From Ostrea edulis (Eukaryota): 64,000 nucleotides of DNA. The notes beneath the pieces were generated by a model that saw only the letters and a list, made by a program, of their open reading frames with translations, was not told where the DNA came from and made no database searches. The translations under genes were made by a program, and so were the position numbers. Positions 61,011 to 64,000 of this stretch are shown in pieces (position 1 is the stretch's first letter; each line of letters opens with the position of its first letter). Where the stretch lies: contig NC_079170.1 of NCBI RefSeq assembly GCF_947568905.1, forward strand, positions 85,064,001 through 85,128,000, in the 5' to 3' direction.

Positions 61011-64000
61011 ATTATTCCTATTTAGTTTCTTAAAACCTGTTTCAGATCATTGATATGTACATTATTTATTCATCCATTCAATCTTTTTATGAGGTGTTGA
61101 AAATTCTTTACTTTTAATTCTTTAATAGGGATCACATGATAAGAACCTAAGCCTGTCGATAAAGCCTTGTATTCTGCAAACCCATTAACATCATGTCCCT
61201 TGTTTAAGTTCGTTTTGTTAATAAATTAAATGTGAATTCATTAACAGAACCACACATGTCACTAAAGACTTGTCATTTCAATCTACGAAACATCGTAAAT
61301 TACCTGTACAAAGTAAAGTGAATCAAGCACTTATATATTATGGGTTCATGTTCCCTTAAGTTGGCTCATTACATCAAAATTTAATTTAATGGCTCGTTAA
61401 AATACATCGAATGAAGTATGATTTCATCAACGGAAGAGTGATATAGTATCTCAATTATTTTATATAAATGTCTTGGGGTTATATGAATACATGTTGTATT
61501 TCATAAAATATGCTTAAAATACATAGATAGACGTTTTAATTTTTACATAGACAATTTTCATGAAAGTTGAAAAGTTCCTTGTTAACTCATTCTAAATATC
61601 TATATTACAAATTGCATTTTCCTCCATGAACCAACCAATTTCAGCACGCAACACAATCCGGTCATACTGACCATGAACTACTTTAAAGCATGCAACTGAG
61701 AATTTGAAAGCGTAATGATTTTAAAAGTGCAACATATGTCACTAATAAGATTGTGAACCCACATGGATTATCGATATTCCTTATCTTGTGTTCTTCTAGC
61801 TCCAAATCACAGTGCACCATTAAGATTAATGCAATGTTTAACGATGTGTAATACTGACAAAAGGCAGGGTAACACGAAGTGTGACGTCATACCTGAGTTT
61901 TGAAATACATCATGATACGACTGTGATAGTGTCGGATCTAAGGAATTTGTTTTATGCAACTAAAATCTAACAATAAATATTGCGCTATTCAGACCAAACA
62001 ATGAGCCTCTGCAATATCCATGAGTCACTTGAGTTCAGGATGAAATATTAACGTTACTTTTATTTAAAGATTCTATCTTGTACTTAAAGTCAGCATTTCG
62101 CAAATTCTATGGTTGTCCAATATGAACGGATTTTGGATTTCAGGCGAATTCTCTACACGATTCACAGAATTTGTCTCAAATATATTCATATTAACCATGA
62201 ATAGCTCCAAAGTGCTGTTCAATTCTTAAATATACGATAAAATCTTAACGAATATGTCAATCGGGAAAATATATATATCGGTCACACCCGCCGTGAGCTT
62301 CATCAGGTAAACGGTGTTATATATATTTGACGAAAGTCTTTCGAAAAGAAATTGAAATGAAATAGCAAAAATCTAGAAAGATTGCGATTTTTTTTTCAAA
62401 CTCGAAACATTTAAAGATTAGATGAATTGGTAGAGAAAACTAATTTCTTAATGAAAAGTGCATTAGATTAGCAAGGATATCATTATTTTACTTATTTCTA
62501 TCGATTTTGATAGGGGTCGGTTATTTTTTGGTTTTTTGTTTTCTTCTTCTCTGATTTGGTTCAAATCTTGAGAAATAGAAATATTTATGATATTTTGAAA
62601 TTTAATTTTCAATTTCTTTTTAAAATATGCTTTTCTGCTATATTTTTCTCCCACTGACTTGCTTCTTGAAGATTTTAGTCGTAGATTTAAAAAAAAAATA
62701 TTAGCATAAAGCCGTTGTAATTTTCCTAAATATATTTTATTCAGAATGTTCGAACATGTACGTGAGTGTACTAGGTAGATTTGTTTTAAATATTCATATC
62801 ATGCATCAAATCAAAGTAAAGTTTGGTTTTAAAATCTTATTCGCAAAAATACCTTTTTATCATTCCATAAAAATGCATATCTATGAAATCGATCATTGTT
62901 ATCTTCGCCTTTTCTAAAATCTTGAAATATTGTATTTTTTTTTTCGAGATTGATGTAAAATCCTTAAACCAAACAATAAATAGACATCCAGTGCAATGAA
63001 CCACCTTCCTATGTTGTAATACCAACCTTTAACCACTGCTAGAAGACACAAGTATGAAATGCAGTTAAGTTTTTCTATTAAGATAATAGACAATACTATT
63101 TCAAGTAACTGCATTATTCTCTCCCGCAGCTTTTTTAATGTAGAGACTGGATGAATTGTTCTAGAAGTATGATAGGAAAAAGGAGAGATAACTGAAGCAT
63201 GTCATTCCACTTTCATGAAGATTCCCTTCTGTTTCCCTACCTACAAAATGTTTTCCTATATAAAGAAAATATGTCAAATATTGTTAGAGCATAGTGTACA
63301 CGGACATTGGTTTTATGCTAAACATAAAATACCGACTCTTATTGGAATCCCCGTGTAATTTCATATAATCAATGTTTATAAAGAAAAGTAATTGTGTGTA
63401 AATACGTCATTGAAATCTTGTTCACACTCAGTTGAAAATGTATAGGTGTAATTTTCCCTCGAAACATGTCGACAAAAGTACATATAAATGTCAACTTATG
63501 GGAAGAGAAATTAAACAATATTAGGGCTATTTTTGCGTATGATGGTTGAAATTGGAATCCAGAGGAAAAACGAATTCTTCGTCTGGACCAGTTATTGAAA
63601 AACTGTTAGAAGATCCGAACGCCATGTCTGTTTGTGTAAGTCATGCGGCATGGACGAATCACACAGACAACTTAGGGTGGAAAGATAATTCTAGTCTACC
63701 GTTCAGAGAAAAAAATAATTGAAACAGAAAAAAAAAGTTGATAAGCAGTTTTGGAATGTGTTGAGTCATGGTGAGGCGTGGGACGATGATGAGTGCATAG
63801 CCAGAAACTCTCTTCGAAAACTGTATGTTTGGCAGTCCCATATCGTTGGATACCCATGGCTGAAATAGTATTTTACTCATCATGATGGGATCCGACGATG
63901 GCTGTCAAATGGATACAAGAAAACTTATACAGTGACTATGATTGTAATAAAGAATATTCTTCCTTAGTTTTCAATACCTCATGTCCTCATTTATACAAAA

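Overview
AT-rich, intron-containing eukaryotic DNA. The repeat families and gene types point to a bivalve mollusc, most likely an oyster (inference). There are no prokaryotic features: no operons, CRISPR or rRNA. Manual exon assembly gives three apparently intact spliced genes on the + strand. (1) A secreted fibrinogen-related protein with a PAN/apple, EGF-like, sushi/CCP, FBG architecture (7 exons, 23861-35743, 393 aa). (2) TIMP-like gene A (5 exons, 39849-44592, 193 aa). (3) TIMP-like gene B (5 exons, 57642-59386, 193 aa), whose last intron needs a GC donor. Between the two TIMPs lie a complete inverted TIMP-B pseudogene and a partial TIMP-A duplicate, so this is a birth-and-death cluster. 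The rest is transposon debris: an RT-deleted BEL/Pao element, two Tc1 elements, a Harbinger derivative with a Myb/SANT ORF, pogo-, Kolobok- and Helentron-type non-autonomous elements, tRNA-derived SINEs, L2-like fragments, and a 5'-truncated Penelope-like (Naiad-type) RT with about 20 copies of its 3' tail. The most striking signal is a second repeat, in 3 copies, containing an identical minimal type I hammerhead ribozyme with a palindromic stem III. Two of these copies lie in sense orientation in introns of intact genes, 140-200 nt upstream of a 3' splice site. All of this is from reading by eye. No alignment, folding or database search was run, and element boundaries are approximate unless a TSD or TIR is quoted.
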